A stretch of DNA of 64,000 bases from Escherichia coli (GTDB lineage Bacteria > Pseudomonadota > Gammaproteobacteria > Enterobacterales > Enterobacteriaceae). This document shows, piece after piece, positions 52,127 through 61,440 of the stretch (within the stretch, counting starts at the first letter, position 1; each line of letters starts with the position of its first letter). The notes under the pieces are model-generated. The model made no database searches. It had not been told where the DNA came from and worked only from the letters and a program-made list of their open reading frames with translations. The stretch lies in assembly GCF_050920415.1 (NCBI RefSeq), contig NZ_CP169309.1. One strand, given 5' to 3'. The translations under genes were made by a program, and so were the position numbers.

Positions 52127-52387
52127 TTAATTCTGAGGTAAAGGCAAACTCATCTGATTGTTTCCCCTGTGTGAAGCTGGCAGCTCATGCCACGGGATAC
52201 CTTCTGAAGAGTGAACGCCGGAGGCGTGTTTTGATGTGAATTTATGGAAAGCTTCCAGTGTTGAGAAGCATACGCCGCATTCCAGATTGTTACACTGGTA
52301 ATACTTTTGCCGCACGGTGTTTGAATCATTTTCCGGACGACTGGTGCGGATACGGGCAGATGCGCCACAAAGCGGACAACGGAACAT
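52127..52387 (-). CDS. ogr: P2 Ogr-like zinc-finger late-gene activator
   Basis: 86 aa, MFRCPLCGASARIRTSR...YYQCNNLECGVCF; next to gene D. Confidence 0.7.
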   Translation of the reverse strand: MFRCPLCGASARIRTSRPENDSNTVRQKYYQCNNLECGVCFSTLEAFHKFTSKHASGVHSSEGIPWHELPASHRGNNQMSLPLPQN

Positions 52388-52429
52388 AGCGACCTCCCTT
52401 AACGTGGTGCTGCCGCTATTCTAAGTTGC

Positions 52430-53539
52430 TCACTCTGTTTCCGCTATCCATTCCGGGATTTTTGCTTCAAGCTCAAGCTGCGTGGTAAAGCCGCTGTTAT
52501 CAATGGTGTGCTCGGCTTTTGCAATAATCCAGTCCTGATTGTCGATGTCACTTTTGAAGCCTGTCACCGTGCCATGCATTTCGGGATAGAGTTCTGCACG
52601 TCCACGCGCCAGCGTGATGGAGAATGATGCGGCTCCGCGTTGTAGTTGCTGCCACTTTGCCGCCGCTGCGCGTCTTGCTGCCTGCTCGTTCTGATAAGTC
52701 TTGCGTAACACAAACACATTGCCTTCCGCGCCTTCCATATAATCACCTTCACGGCTGCTGCTTTTCTCCTTTTTGGGTTTTGGCGGTTTACGGCGTTTTA
52801 CGCTGACTTTTTTCTTTTTCCCGTAATTAAGATCAAGCCAGTAGGCGCGTACCCCCGTATACGCCTCGCGGTCAGCAATACGGAACTGATGGCGATCGCC
52901 GCTGCTGCGTGTAATGGCGAACGAGGGCAACGGCTGGCCCTGTGCGTTCACGCCACCACCTGGCATGATGAATAACAGATTGCCGCTTTTTACCGTGGTG
53001 ATTGCGCCCAGCATTTCCGCCATGCGCGTAAGGAAGGACATGTCGCTTTCTTCGGTCTGGTCGGCGTGGTCGATTTCAATATCCATCAGCATTTCGCTGA
53101 TTTGCGGTTTCAGGCCGTATCGGTGAGCAATTGCAGACACCACGCGTTCAACGGTCACATCATGCCAGGATACTTCGCGCTTGACGTTAAATTCATCCCG
53201 AAAATCTGCGCTTCTGGCTGAAATGGTCAGTCTGTCGGGCGGTCCTTCATGAGCAATTTCATCAACAATGTAAGTGCCTTTTTCTGTCAGCGGTTCTCCT
53301 TTCCAGCCAATGAGAACCGTCAGGCGCGCGCCCCGTGGCGGTAGCTGCAACTGACCATCTGCATCATCCAGCGTGATGGTGAGCTGGTCCGCCTCAAATC
53401 CCCGGTTGTCGGTCAGTGACAGGCTCATCAGGCGCTCTGCCACGCCTGACAGCGTTTTACCCTCCGCGAGAATATCAAAATCCGGCATTTTCACGGGGTC
53501 TGTGCCCTGACTGAGCAATTGCATGGTGGTGTCGGTCAT
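52430..53539 (-). CDS. P2 gpD-like tail protein (phage late control D family)
   Basis: ORF 52430..53671; start taken at MTDTTMQLLSQGTDPVKMPDF; overall resemblance to P2 gpD as recalled. Confidence 0.75.
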   Translation of the reverse strand: MTDTTMQLLSQGTDPVKMPDFDILAEGKTLSGVAERLMSLSLTDNRGFEADQLTITLDDADGQLQLPPRGARLTVLIGWKGEPLTEKGTYIVDEIAHEGPPDRLTISARSADFRDEFNVKREVSWHDVTVERVVSAIAHRYGLKPQISEMLMDIEIDHADQTEESDMSFLTRMAEMLGAITTVKSGNLLFIMPGGGVNAQGQPLPSFAITRSSGDRHQFRIADREAYTGVRAYWLDLNYGKKKKVSVKRRKPPKPKKEKSSSREGDYMEGAEGNVFVLRKTYQNEQAARRAAAAKWQQLQRGAASFSITLARGRAELYPEMHGTVTGFKSDIDNQDWIIAKAEHTIDNSGFTTQLELEAKIPEWIAETE

Positions 53540-53696
53540 CTGTTCCCTCCCTGTGCGGCATGGTCGCATGTGCGTGCGGAGGGGGTTACTGCTTTTTGTT
53601 GTCGCCGTGGCGGGAGAACGGCGCAGGGGTGAGATTACGCGCGTGGTGGGTGATGATTGTTGCCGAATCATTTAACGGATACAAGGGGCTGAAGCT

Positions 53697-54881
53697 ATGA
53701 GTGAAACTCGTTTTCATGGTGCCCGTGTTACGGAAAATACCGACCTGGTAACAGCGATTAACGATGTTGATTCCAGCGTTATCGGTATCGTGGCAACGGC
53801 GGATGATGCGGACGCGGAGCTGTTCCCGCTGAACAAGCCCACATTGCTGACCCGCGTCAATGACGTGCTGGGAAAATGCGGAACAACGGGGACGCTTTAT
53901 CGTGCGCTTAAGGCCATCGCAGACCAGGTGAGCACAAAGGTGATCGTCGTTCGCGTGGCTGAACACAAAGAAGAAGACGGAAAAACGCAGGATCAACTGG
54001 TTATCGGTGGTTCTGAATCTGACGGCAGCTATACGGGGATGTATGCGCTGCTTGTTGCAGAGCAGGATGAAAGCATCGGATACCGTCCGCGTATTCTGGC
54101 CGCGCCGGAGCTGGACACGGAGGCGGTGACAAAATCCTTGTGCGTGATTGCGGGTAAACTGCGCGCGTTTGTGTATGCCACATGTCATGGTTGTAACACG
54201 ATGGCTGAGGCGATTACCTACCGCCAGAAATTCAACGAACGTGAGGTGATGCTCTTATGGCCTGACTTCATCGCCTACAACCCGAAAAGTGGCAAAAACG
54301 AAACGTTCCCCGCGCCTGCTTATGCGTGCGGCCTTCGTGCGTACATTGACCATGAGCAGGGCTGGCACAAATCGCTGTCCAACGTTCCGGTTAAAAATGT
54401 GCTGGGAATGTCCAGGCATGTGTTCTGGTCGTTGCAGGCCGAAGACAGTGATGCCAACAGCCTCAACAACAAAGAAATCACGACCATTATTCGTCGCAAC
54501 GGGTTCCGCTTCTGGGGCAACCGCACACCGGAAACGAACGCCTACATCTTTGAGGTGTATACCCGAACCGCACAGGTACTGGCTGATTCAATTGCGGAAG
54601 CGCAGTTTGAAACCATCGACAGTCCACTGACGCCTGCGAACGTGAAGGATGTTATCAGTGCCATCAGGGCAAAACTGGATTCACTGGTTACTGCCGGGAA
54701 ACTGATTGGCGCGTCGTGCTGGTATGACGTGGTGGATAACAGCACCACGGATTTACGTCAGGGGCGTGTGCGTATTCGCTACAAATATACGCCTGTTCCT
54801 CCGCTGGAAGATATGGAGCTTTACCAGACGTTTACTGATGAATACTTTGATCCCGCATTTGCGGTGTTGGGAGGTGTCTGA
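53697..54881 (+). CDS. P2 FI-like contractile tail sheath protein
   Basis: 394 aa; segments match P2 FI as recalled (ADDADAELFPLNKP, KLRAFVYA, DHEQGWHKSLSNV, RRNGFRFWGNRT, YTPVPPLE). Confidence 0.9.
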   Translation: MSETRFHGARVTENTDLVTAINDVDSSVIGIVATADDADAELFPLNKPTLLTRVNDVLGKCGTTGTLYRALKAIADQVSTKVIVVRVAEHKEEDGKTQDQLVIGGSESDGSYTGMYALLVAEQDESIGYRPRILAAPELDTEAVTKSLCVIAGKLRAFVYATCHGCNTMAEAITYRQKFNEREVMLLWPDFIAYNPKSGKNETFPAPAYACGLRAYIDHEQGWHKSLSNVPVKNVLGMSRHVFWSLQAEDSDANSLNNKEITTIIRRNGFRFWGNRTPETNAYIFEVYTRTAQVLADSIAEAQFETIDSPLTPANVKDVISAIRAKLDSLVTAGKLIGASCWYDVVDNSTTDLRQGRVRIRYKYTPVPPLEDMELYQTFTDEYFDPAFAVLGGV

Positions 54882-55393
54882 TGGCTGTACCAAAACATCT
54901 TCGCTTTTTTACGCTGTTTGTGAATGGTGAAAACGAAGTGGGTAAGGTGACGTCCGTCACTCCACCTAAACTGACGCGCAAAACTGAAAGCTATCGTGGC
55001 GGTGGCATGATGGGGGCGGTGAGTATCGACCTCGGTCTTGATGATTCTGCGCTTGATGCGAGTTTTGTCATGGGGGGCGCAGTTCGTGAGCTGTTCCTTA
55101 AATATGGCGGCACGATTGACAGCACGTTGCTGCGTTTTGCGGGTGAATACTACACCGATGCAGAAAGTGATCTGTATGAAATCGAGATGCGCGGGCGTGT
55201 GACGGAAATTGATATGGGGGAAGCCAAACAGGGCGAAGCCACATCACACACTTACGCTGTCAAAAACACCTACTACAAGCTGAGCGTTAACGATCGTCCG
55301 CTGTGGGAAATCGACCTGCTGAACCACATCTACCGGAAGGACGGCAAGGACATCGTGCCTGATCGCATCCGTTCCGCGCTTGGGCTTGGCTGA
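54881..55393 (+). CDS. P2 FII-like tail tube protein
   Basis: 170 aa (TPPKLTRKTESYRGGGMMGA..., ...RSALGLG). Confidence 0.85.
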   Translation: MAVPKHLRFFTLFVNGENEVGKVTSVTPPKLTRKTESYRGGGMMGAVSIDLGLDDSALDASFVMGGAVRELFLKYGGTIDSTLLRFAGEYYTDAESDLYEIEMRGRVTEIDMGEAKQGEATSHTYAVKNTYYKLSVNDRPLWEIDLLNHIYRKDGKDIVPDRIRSALGLG

Positions 55394-55449
55394 TAAGTAA
55401 TATGCAGGCGGCGCAGTGCGTCGCCTCTGACTGAAAAAGGAGACAACTG

Positions 55450-55824
55450 ATGCAAAACATCAATACTGAAACCCGGAATAACGCCGTGGCGGATGATGTG
55501 ACGGCAGGTGAGGATATGGCTGTCGAACGTGGCGTAAAACTGGCCCGACCAATTGAGCGCGGTGGCGAAAAAATCACGTATGTGGAAATTACCGGGGCTA
55601 TTGAGCAGGCTGGATCTCTGCGTGGTCTGTCGCTGTCTGATGTGCTGAATCTGAAAGCGGATACCATGTTCACGCTGTTGCCTCGCGTGACCTCGCCACG
55701 ACTGGATGAAGTGATGATTAAAAAAATGTCGTCACGCGATTTTATTCAGTTGTGCGCTGTGGCTGTAAATTTTATGAGCGAGCCAGACTCTGGCGCGAAG
55801 AGCGTGCAGGAGACGGCAGCGTAA
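55450..55824 (+). CDS. P2 gpE-like tail assembly chaperone
   Basis: 124 aa immediately upstream of the tape-measure gene; overlapped by a -1 frame ORF. Confidence 0.7.
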   Translation: MQNINTETRNNAVADDVTAGEDMAVERGVKLARPIERGGEKITYVEITGAIEQAGSLRGLSLSDVLNLKADTMFTLLPRVTSPRLDEVMIKKMSSRDFIQLCAVAVNFMSEPDSGAKSVQETAA

Positions 55825-55988
55825 TCACCCTGGTGTGCTTTGAGCACATCGAAGATCTGGTGGCGGATATTGCCGCCATTTTTAACTGGTCGCCCGCCGA
55901 AATCTTCATGATGACGCCCGGCGAAGTGGTTAGCTGGCGTGAGCGGGCGGCACTTCGCAGCGGGAATGCAGACAATGAAGACTCTTGA
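55722..55988 (+). other. gpE' extension frame: predicted -1 frameshift product E+E'
   Basis: The -1 frame is open from 55722 to 55988; candidate slippery sites are an A7 run at 55720..55726 and the heptamer A AAT TTT at 55767..55773. Confidence 0.5.
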
Positions 55989-58776
55989 TATCCGGGTCGC
56001 TTTCAGCGCCGTTGACAGACTGACCCGGCCTGCCGAAAACGCCCGCCGCCTGATGGGGCAGTTTGGTGACTCCATCCAGCGAACGCAGGGGGCGATCAAA
56101 AATCTCGAGCGTCAGGCGCGTTCATTTGAGCGCGCCCGTGACGCTGTCAGTAAAGCGGATGCGAGCATCGTGAAAGCACGACGCCAGCTTAACGCCCTTA
56201 ATCAGTTACAACGCACGGGTACAGTGCTCAGCGAAAAACAACAAAAGCTGATGCAGCAGTTAAGCACCCGGCTTGAACGCCTGAATGAATCGCGCACACG
56301 GGAAATTCAGAAAATGCGGGAGCTTGGCGGAGAGCTGAAACGCCACGGCATTTCCCTGACAGGCAGCGATAACACCATCCAGCAGGCCATCAGACGCACC
56401 GAACAGTACAACAACCAGCTTGAACGCGAACGGCAGACGCTTGCGCGTGTAACGCGGGCGCGTGAGCGGTATTCGCGCGCGCAGGAAACTGCTGGAAAAC
56501 TGAAAACAGGTGGTGCGCTGGCAATTGGTGCGGCAGCGGCTGGCGGCTATGCTGCCGGGCGTTTTTTGCAGCCTGCGATCGGGTTCGGGAAAGAGATGTC
56601 CCGCGTTCAGGCACTGACGCGAATCGACCAGAACAGCCCACAGTTTAAGGCGCTGCGTGAGCAGGCGTTAAAACTTGGCTCTGAAACGCAGTTCACCGCA
56701 GGCGATGCCGCCAGTGGACAGGCATTTCTTGCAATGGCTGGCTTCACACCGCAGGCCATTCAGGCTGCGCTTCCGGGCGTGCTGAGCATGGCAACGGCTG
56801 GCGGCATGGATCTCGGCGAGACGGCGGATATTGGCTCAAATATCCTGACGCAGTTCGGCCTTTCTGCTGACCAGATGGACCGGGTTGGTGACACACTCAC
56901 CGCAGCGTTTACCCGTACCAACACTGACCTTCGCGCACTGGGCGAAACCATGAAATATGCAGGTCCGGTGGCGGGTAAGCTGGGAATATCGCTGGAGCAG
57001 GCCGCAGCGATGGCGGGCGTGCTGGCGAATATGGGTATCAGAGGGAGTGATGCCGGGACGGCAATGCGTGCCAGCCTGGCTCGTCTGGCATCACCGCCAA
57101 AGGCAGCAGCAGAGGCGCTGAAAGAGCTTGGTGTGGCAGTTTCTGACGCGAACGGCAAAATGCGCCCGATGGAGGATGTGCTGGCCGACCTTTATAAAGC
57201 CACCCGCAAATACGGGGAAGTTGACCGGGTATCCTTCTTTAAGGACATCGCCGGGGAAGAGGCTTTCACATCATTTATGGCCCTCGTTGATGCAGCGGGT
57301 GACGGGTCCTTACCCAAACTGAGAAAAGAACTTGAAGGCGCGCGCGGTGAGGCTGAACGCACAGCAAAGGTTATGGCCAACAACCTTGACGGCGATCTGA
57401 AATCACTCGGCAGTGCATGGGAAGGGTTGCGCATCCGCATTGCAGATCTGATTGACGGTCCGCTGCGTTCTGTCACGCAGTGGCTCACGCGTGTGGTATC
57501 AAAGGTGACGGCGCTGGCGCAGGCCCATCCCGCACTGACGCGCCAGCTACTGATAGCAGGCGGTGCGTTGCTGGCAATGACTGCAACGGTTGGCTCGTTG
57601 TCGCTGGCTATTGGTGTGCTTGCTGGTCCGCTGGCAAAACTGCGTCTTGGTTTTTCCCTCCTGACCGGATCAATGAATGCTGTCAGGGTCCTGCCAGCAC
57701 TATGGGGAATGGTGACGGGTTCCGTTTCTTTGCTGGGAGGTGCTATCGGGGCGCTGTTCAGTCCGGTTGGTCTTATCGTGGCTGCGCTTGCCGGAGCTGC
57801 CATTCTTATCTGGAAATATTGGGATCCCATCAGGGCATTTTTTGCCGGGGTGTTCGGCGGGATTATGGAAAGGCTGACCCCGTTGCGCGAAACCTTTGAA
57901 CGGTTTGGCCCTGTTTTTGACGTAATCGGAAGCGGGATCAGCCAGGTGTTTAACTGGTTTAAATCGCTGCTGTCACCGATGGAGTCCAGCAAGGAAACGC
58001 TGGATAAATGTACCAGTGCTGGCGAGATATTCGGTAACGTTCTTGGCGGTGCGTTACAACTTGTTCTGACACCTGCAAAAATGTTGCTGGATACGCTGGC
58101 GTGGATACTTGAAAAGCTCGGTGTGCTTCCGGATGAAGCGGAAAGGGCGCGCAAGAAAATCGAAGACGCACAGCGTGCGGCCATTCTTCAGGACAAGGTT
58201 GCCTTGCTTCAGGGGGACCTGGCGAAAATCAATCCGCCGAAGCCTGTGGAAAATGGCACCGGAGGTGATAAACCCAAAGACAACAAACCGCTCACAGACA
58301 GCAATACCGGTACGCTACGCAGACTCAGCAAGATTGCTGATAACACAGGTAAGCTGGTTGATGAGACGAAAAAACGCATTGGCCCTGGCGATATTGTCTT
58401 TAAGAACCTGCCCCGCGCACTTGCTGTTCGTGGGGAGTGGCAGGAGCGGAAGATTGCGCAGGTCAGTAAGCCTGCTTCCGCAATCAACATCACACCTGTG
58501 GTCCCGACTCCTCTGCCTCCGGCGCTGGTCCCTGTTGTTGCGGCCAGCTCCCGCCCGGTGGCGGAGGCCATACGATCGCCAGTGGCATCAGTTCCTGCAA
58601 CTTCCCGTAACCGGGAGCCTGTTGTCTCCGGATTTGGCGGTGAAATTCATGTTCATCTGCATAACGTTGTTACGCAGAATCCCCGCGAACTGGCGAAACT
58701 GGTCGGTGAAATGGTCAGGGCAGAATTGGAACGACGCGACCGTGCCGGACGTGGCAGTTTTTACGATAAAGATTGA
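55939..58776 (+). CDS. phage tail tape-measure protein (gpT-like); start uncertain (alternative Met at 55975)
   Basis: 945 aa; Ala/Gly-rich and coiled-coil segments; between E/E' and U. Confidence 0.85.
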   Translation: MSGRHFAAGMQTMKTLDIRVAFSAVDRLTRPAENARRLMGQFGDSIQRTQGAIKNLERQARSFERARDAVSKADASIVKARRQLNALNQLQRTGTVLSEKQQKLMQQLSTRLERLNESRTREIQKMRELGGELKRHGISLTGSDNTIQQAIRRTEQYNNQLERERQTLARVTRARERYSRAQETAGKLKTGGALAIGAAAAGGYAAGRFLQPAIGFGKEMSRVQALTRIDQNSPQFKALREQALKLGSETQFTAGDAASGQAFLAMAGFTPQAIQAALPGVLSMATAGGMDLGETADIGSNILTQFGLSADQMDRVGDTLTAAFTRTNTDLRALGETMKYAGPVAGKLGISLEQAAAMAGVLANMGIRGSDAGTAMRASLARLASPPKAAAEALKELGVAVSDANGKMRPMEDVLADLYKATRKYGEVDRVSFFKDIAGEEAFTSFMALVDAAGDGSLPKLRKELEGARGEAERTAKVMANNLDGDLKSLGSAWEGLRIRIADLIDGPLRSVTQWLTRVVSKVTALAQAHPALTRQLLIAGGALLAMTATVGSLSLAIGVLAGPLAKLRLGFSLLTGSMNAVRVLPALWGMVTGSVSLLGGAIGALFSPVGLIVAALAGAAILIWKYWDPIRAFFAGVFGGIMERLTPLRETFERFGPVFDVIGSGISQVFNWFKSLLSPMESSKETLDKCTSAGEIFGNVLGGALQLVLTPAKMLLDTLAWILEKLGVLPDEAERARKKIEDAQRAAILQDKVALLQGDLAKINPPKPVENGTGGDKPKDNKPLTDSNTGTLRRLSKIADNTGKLVDETKKRIGPGDIVFKNLPRALAVRGEWQERKIAQVSKPASAINITPVVPTPLPPALVPVVAASSRPVAEAIRSPVASVPATSRNREPVVSGFGGEIHVHLHNVVTQNPRELAKLVGEMVRAELERRDRAGRGSFYDKD

Positions 58777-58782
58777 GGAGTC

Positions 58783-59277
58783 ATGGCCATGATGATGATC
58801 TACGGCATGTTTGTTTTTGAGCTGCGCACATTGCCGCATCAGCAGTTACAGCAAAACAAAAGCTGGCGGCATGTGAAAAATGAACGCGTTAACCGTTCAG
58901 CAAGCTGGCAGTATATCGGGGCAGGCGATGATCGCATCGTTCTTTCTGGTGTGCTTTATCCTGAAATTACAGGTGGCGAAGTATCGCTTTCGTTGCTGAC
59001 CACGCAGGCATATACAGGACGCCCCTGGCCTCTGATTGATGGTGTCGGGCAGATTTACGGCATGTATGTCCTGACCGGAACGAATACGACCCGCTCCGAG
59101 TTTGATCGCTACGGTAAGGCGAAAAAGATAGAATTTTCACTGACCCTTGAACGCTGTGATGAGGATTTGCGGGAGCGCCTGCAATCCTCATCGTTCAGCG
59201 ATATGCTGTCCGGCTTCAAAGATAAGGTCACATCATCCCTTAACAGCGCGGCCAGCTCCGTTAAAGGGCTGTTTTGA
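58783..59277 (+). CDS. P2 gpU-like tail protein
   Basis: 164 aa (MAMMMIYGMFVFELRTLPHQQLQQNKSWRH...PLIDGVGQIYG). Confidence 0.8.
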   Translation: MAMMMIYGMFVFELRTLPHQQLQQNKSWRHVKNERVNRSASWQYIGAGDDRIVLSGVLYPEITGGEVSLSLLTTQAYTGRPWPLIDGVGQIYGMYVLTGTNTTRSEFDRYGKAKKIEFSLTLERCDEDLRERLQSSSFSDMLSGFKDKVTSSLNSAASSVKGLF

Positions 59278-59284
59278 TTAACGC

Positions 59285-59314
59285 AAAACCGCTAATGGTC
59301 AGATTAGCGGTTTT
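59285..59314. terminator. bidirectional hairpin terminator between gpU and the convergent invertase gene
   Basis: Perfect 12-bp inverted repeat AAAACCGCTAAT-GGTCAG-ATTAGCGGTTTT overlapping the invertase stop codon. Confidence 0.55.
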
Positions 59315-59903
59315 CATTTTCCTGAGTCTGCCTGGTTGTTTCTTCAGCCTGTATATCGCCTACAGGGTGATAACGATAAATCGTCGATATGCCGATGTCG
59401 TAAATGATCGCCAGTTGTTTCCTGTCATGACCGTTTTTAATCAGCCTCGCTATTTGCTCGTGTTGTTCTTTTGTCAACTTCGGGCGACGTCCGCCAATGC
59501 GCCCCCGTGCGCGCGCTGCCGCCAGCCCGGCCAGTGTACGCTCTACAATTAATTCACGTTCCATTTCGGCTAAAGCCCCCATGACGTGAAAAAAGAAACG
59601 CCCCATGGGTGTTGATGTGTCAATGCTGTCCGTCAGACTACGGAAATTAACACCTTTTTCCCGCAATTCCTCAATAAGCGTGATCAGGTGTTTCATACTT
59701 CTGCCCAGTCTGTCCAGCTTCCAGACAACCAGCGTATCTCCTTCTGATAGCGTTCTGATCAGTTTTTTCAATCCCGGTCTGGCTGATTTCGTTCCGCTGA
59801 TTTTATCTTCAAAAATCAGTTCACATCCTGCGCACTCCAGCGCGTTACGCTGCAATTCTGTATTCTGGTCATTTGTTGATACGCGGACATAGCCAATAAG
59901 CAT
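59304..59903 (-). CDS. serine site-specific DNA invertase (Gin/Pin/Hin family)
   Basis: 199 aa, MLIGYVRVSTNDQNTELQRNAL... (catalytic Ser region), C-terminal HTH. Confidence 0.9.
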   Translation of the reverse strand: MLIGYVRVSTNDQNTELQRNALECAGCELIFEDKISGTKSARPGLKKLIRTLSEGDTLVVWKLDRLGRSMKHLITLIEELREKGVNFRSLTDSIDTSTPMGRFFFHVMGALAEMERELIVERTLAGLAAARARGRIGGRRPKLTKEQHEQIARLIKNGHDRKQLAIIYDIGISTIYRYHPVGDIQAEETTRQTQENENR

Positions 59904-59960
59904 GATGGATCCCCTGAATAAAAACCGGGGATGATGCCAGTTAGCCGTAATCTCTGCATT

Positions 59961-59986
59961 TTCTTAAACGTTGGTTTGGGAGAAGG
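59961..59986. repeat. invertase crossover site (left), inside the alternative tail-fibre 3' segment; approximate
   Basis: TTCTTAAACGTTGGTTTGGGAGAAGG; a related copy lies in inverted orientation within gene H. Confidence 0.5.
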
Positions 59987-60440
59987 TGCTCCAGCTATTG
60001 GCGTTCCGTTCTTCTGGCCGTCCGCCGCAATGCCAGATACCGTAATCGAAAGCTGGTCCGGCATGGTGTTTTTGAAGTTCAACGGCGCGAAATTCTCTGC
60101 CACTGATTACCCTGTGCTGGCGAAAGTGTTTCCTTCGCTGGTATTACCTGAAGCCCGCGGTGATTTCATTCGTATCTGGGATGATGGCCGTGGTGTTGAT
60201 AGTGGCCGTGCGTTACTTTCCGCGCAATCAGACGATTTCAAAACGCACGAGCATAAAATTTTAGGGCTAAATGGAAGTGGCAGTAATGTAGTGTTTGGCA
60301 CCGTTTCGAATGCTTCTCCATTATATACCAGCGGCGTTAGTCAGCCGGGTGGAAGTGCTTTGCCCGCTTTTCAAAACCCAGGCGGTACTGAAACGCGTCC
60401 CCGTAACATCGCATTCAACTTTTTAGTAAGGGCTAAATAA
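59961..60440 (+). other. alternative tail-fibre C-terminal segment (Hv'), currently not fused to H
   Basis: Part of ORF 59931..60440; no separate start expected; would be joined to the constant part of H after inversion. Confidence 0.55.
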
Positions 60441-61033
60441 TGAAACCTGTTTTTGATGAAAATGGACTGGCTACAGTGCCGGGTGATATGCGTTGTTTTT
60501 ATTATGATGCAGTAACGTATGAATATACGGGCTGGTCTGATGAATATATTAATACTGGTATAAGTATGCCCGCCTGTTCCACTGGTATTGACCCTGGCGA
60601 AAACATTCCGGGAAAAGTGGCTGTATTTACAGGTAAGGGATGGAGCCATGAAGAGGACCATCGCAATGAGACTGTTTACTCAATCGAAAATGGCGCAGCT
60701 GTTACAGTGGATTATATCGGTGCCATCAAAAACGGTTATGTCACGCTTTCACCGTTAACGCCATATGATAAATGGGATGGTGAGAAATGGGTGACAGATA
60801 CTGAGGCACAACACGGTGCCGCAGTAGAAGCGGCAGAAGCACAGCGTCAGCCACTGATTGATGCTGCAATGGCTTCCATCAGTCTGATTCAGCTGAAATT
60901 ACAGGCCGGGCGGAAGCTGACGCAGGCAGAAACCACCCGGCTTAACGCCGTGCTTGATTACATTGACGCGGTGACGGCAACAGATACGAGCACCGCTCCG
61001 GATGTCATCTGGCCTGAACTGCCGGAGGCGTAG
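60440..61033 (+). CDS. tail fibre assembly protein (alternative copy, tfa')
   Basis: 197 aa; C-terminal region ...TTRLNAVLDYIDAVTATDTSTAPDVIWPELP. Confidence 0.75.
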   Translation: MKPVFDENGLATVPGDMRCFYYDAVTYEYTGWSDEYINTGISMPACSTGIDPGENIPGKVAVFTGKGWSHEEDHRNETVYSIENGAAVTVDYIGAIKNGYVTLSPLTPYDKWDGEKWVTDTEAQHGAAVEAAEAQRQPLIDAAMASISLIQLKLQAGRKLTQAETTRLNAVLDYIDAVTATDTSTAPDVIWPELPEA

Positions 61034-61439
61034 GCCATTCAATATCTGGAGCACTGGAGGTATCAACCAGTTCCAGTGCGTCCAGATAATCCAGCCACAA
61101 ATTATATTGCGCCAGTTCCTCACCTTTCAGACGACCAATAGCCGCTTTACCAGGCCATTGCTTGGTATTCATATATTCGTTGGACTGATTAATCAATTGC
61201 TGTTTTTTCAATTCGGCTGCGGCAATCTGTTCCTCATGTGTTGGTGGTGGAATTTCAGACCATGCAGGAAAACCATTTTCCTCAGCGATACGGATTTTTC
61301 CTTTCGGCGGTAATCCGGAAAACTCAATATACACCTGCTCATCAACTTCAACAGCATCATCTGGCCATGAATTTACATTGATGTAGTCATCCTTAAGCGC
61401 AGGATTCACAAAAATATTTAAAGATGGACTAAAAAACAC
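61005..61439 (-). CDS. tail fibre assembly protein (active orientation)
   Basis: 144 aa; C-terminal ...NLWLDYLDALELVDTSSAPDIEWPTPP; convergent with and overlapping tfa'. Confidence 0.75.
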   Translation of the reverse strand: MFFSPSLNIFVNPALKDDYINVNSWPDDAVEVDEQVYIEFSGLPPKGKIRIAEENGFPAWSEIPPPTHEEQIAAAELKKQQLINQSNEYMNTKQWPGKAAIGRLKGEELAQYNLWLDYLDALELVDTSSAPDIEWPTPPAVQAR

Positions 61440-61440
61440 A

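Noticed and set aside
52015-52239. 74-aa plus-strand ORF
   Set aside because: Overlaps the ogr gene on the opposite strand and the leader of the hok-like locus; likely spurious.
57192-58184. 330-aa minus-strand ORF
   Set aside because: Antisense inside the tape-measure gene; Ala/Ser-rich low-complexity translation typical of a spurious frame.
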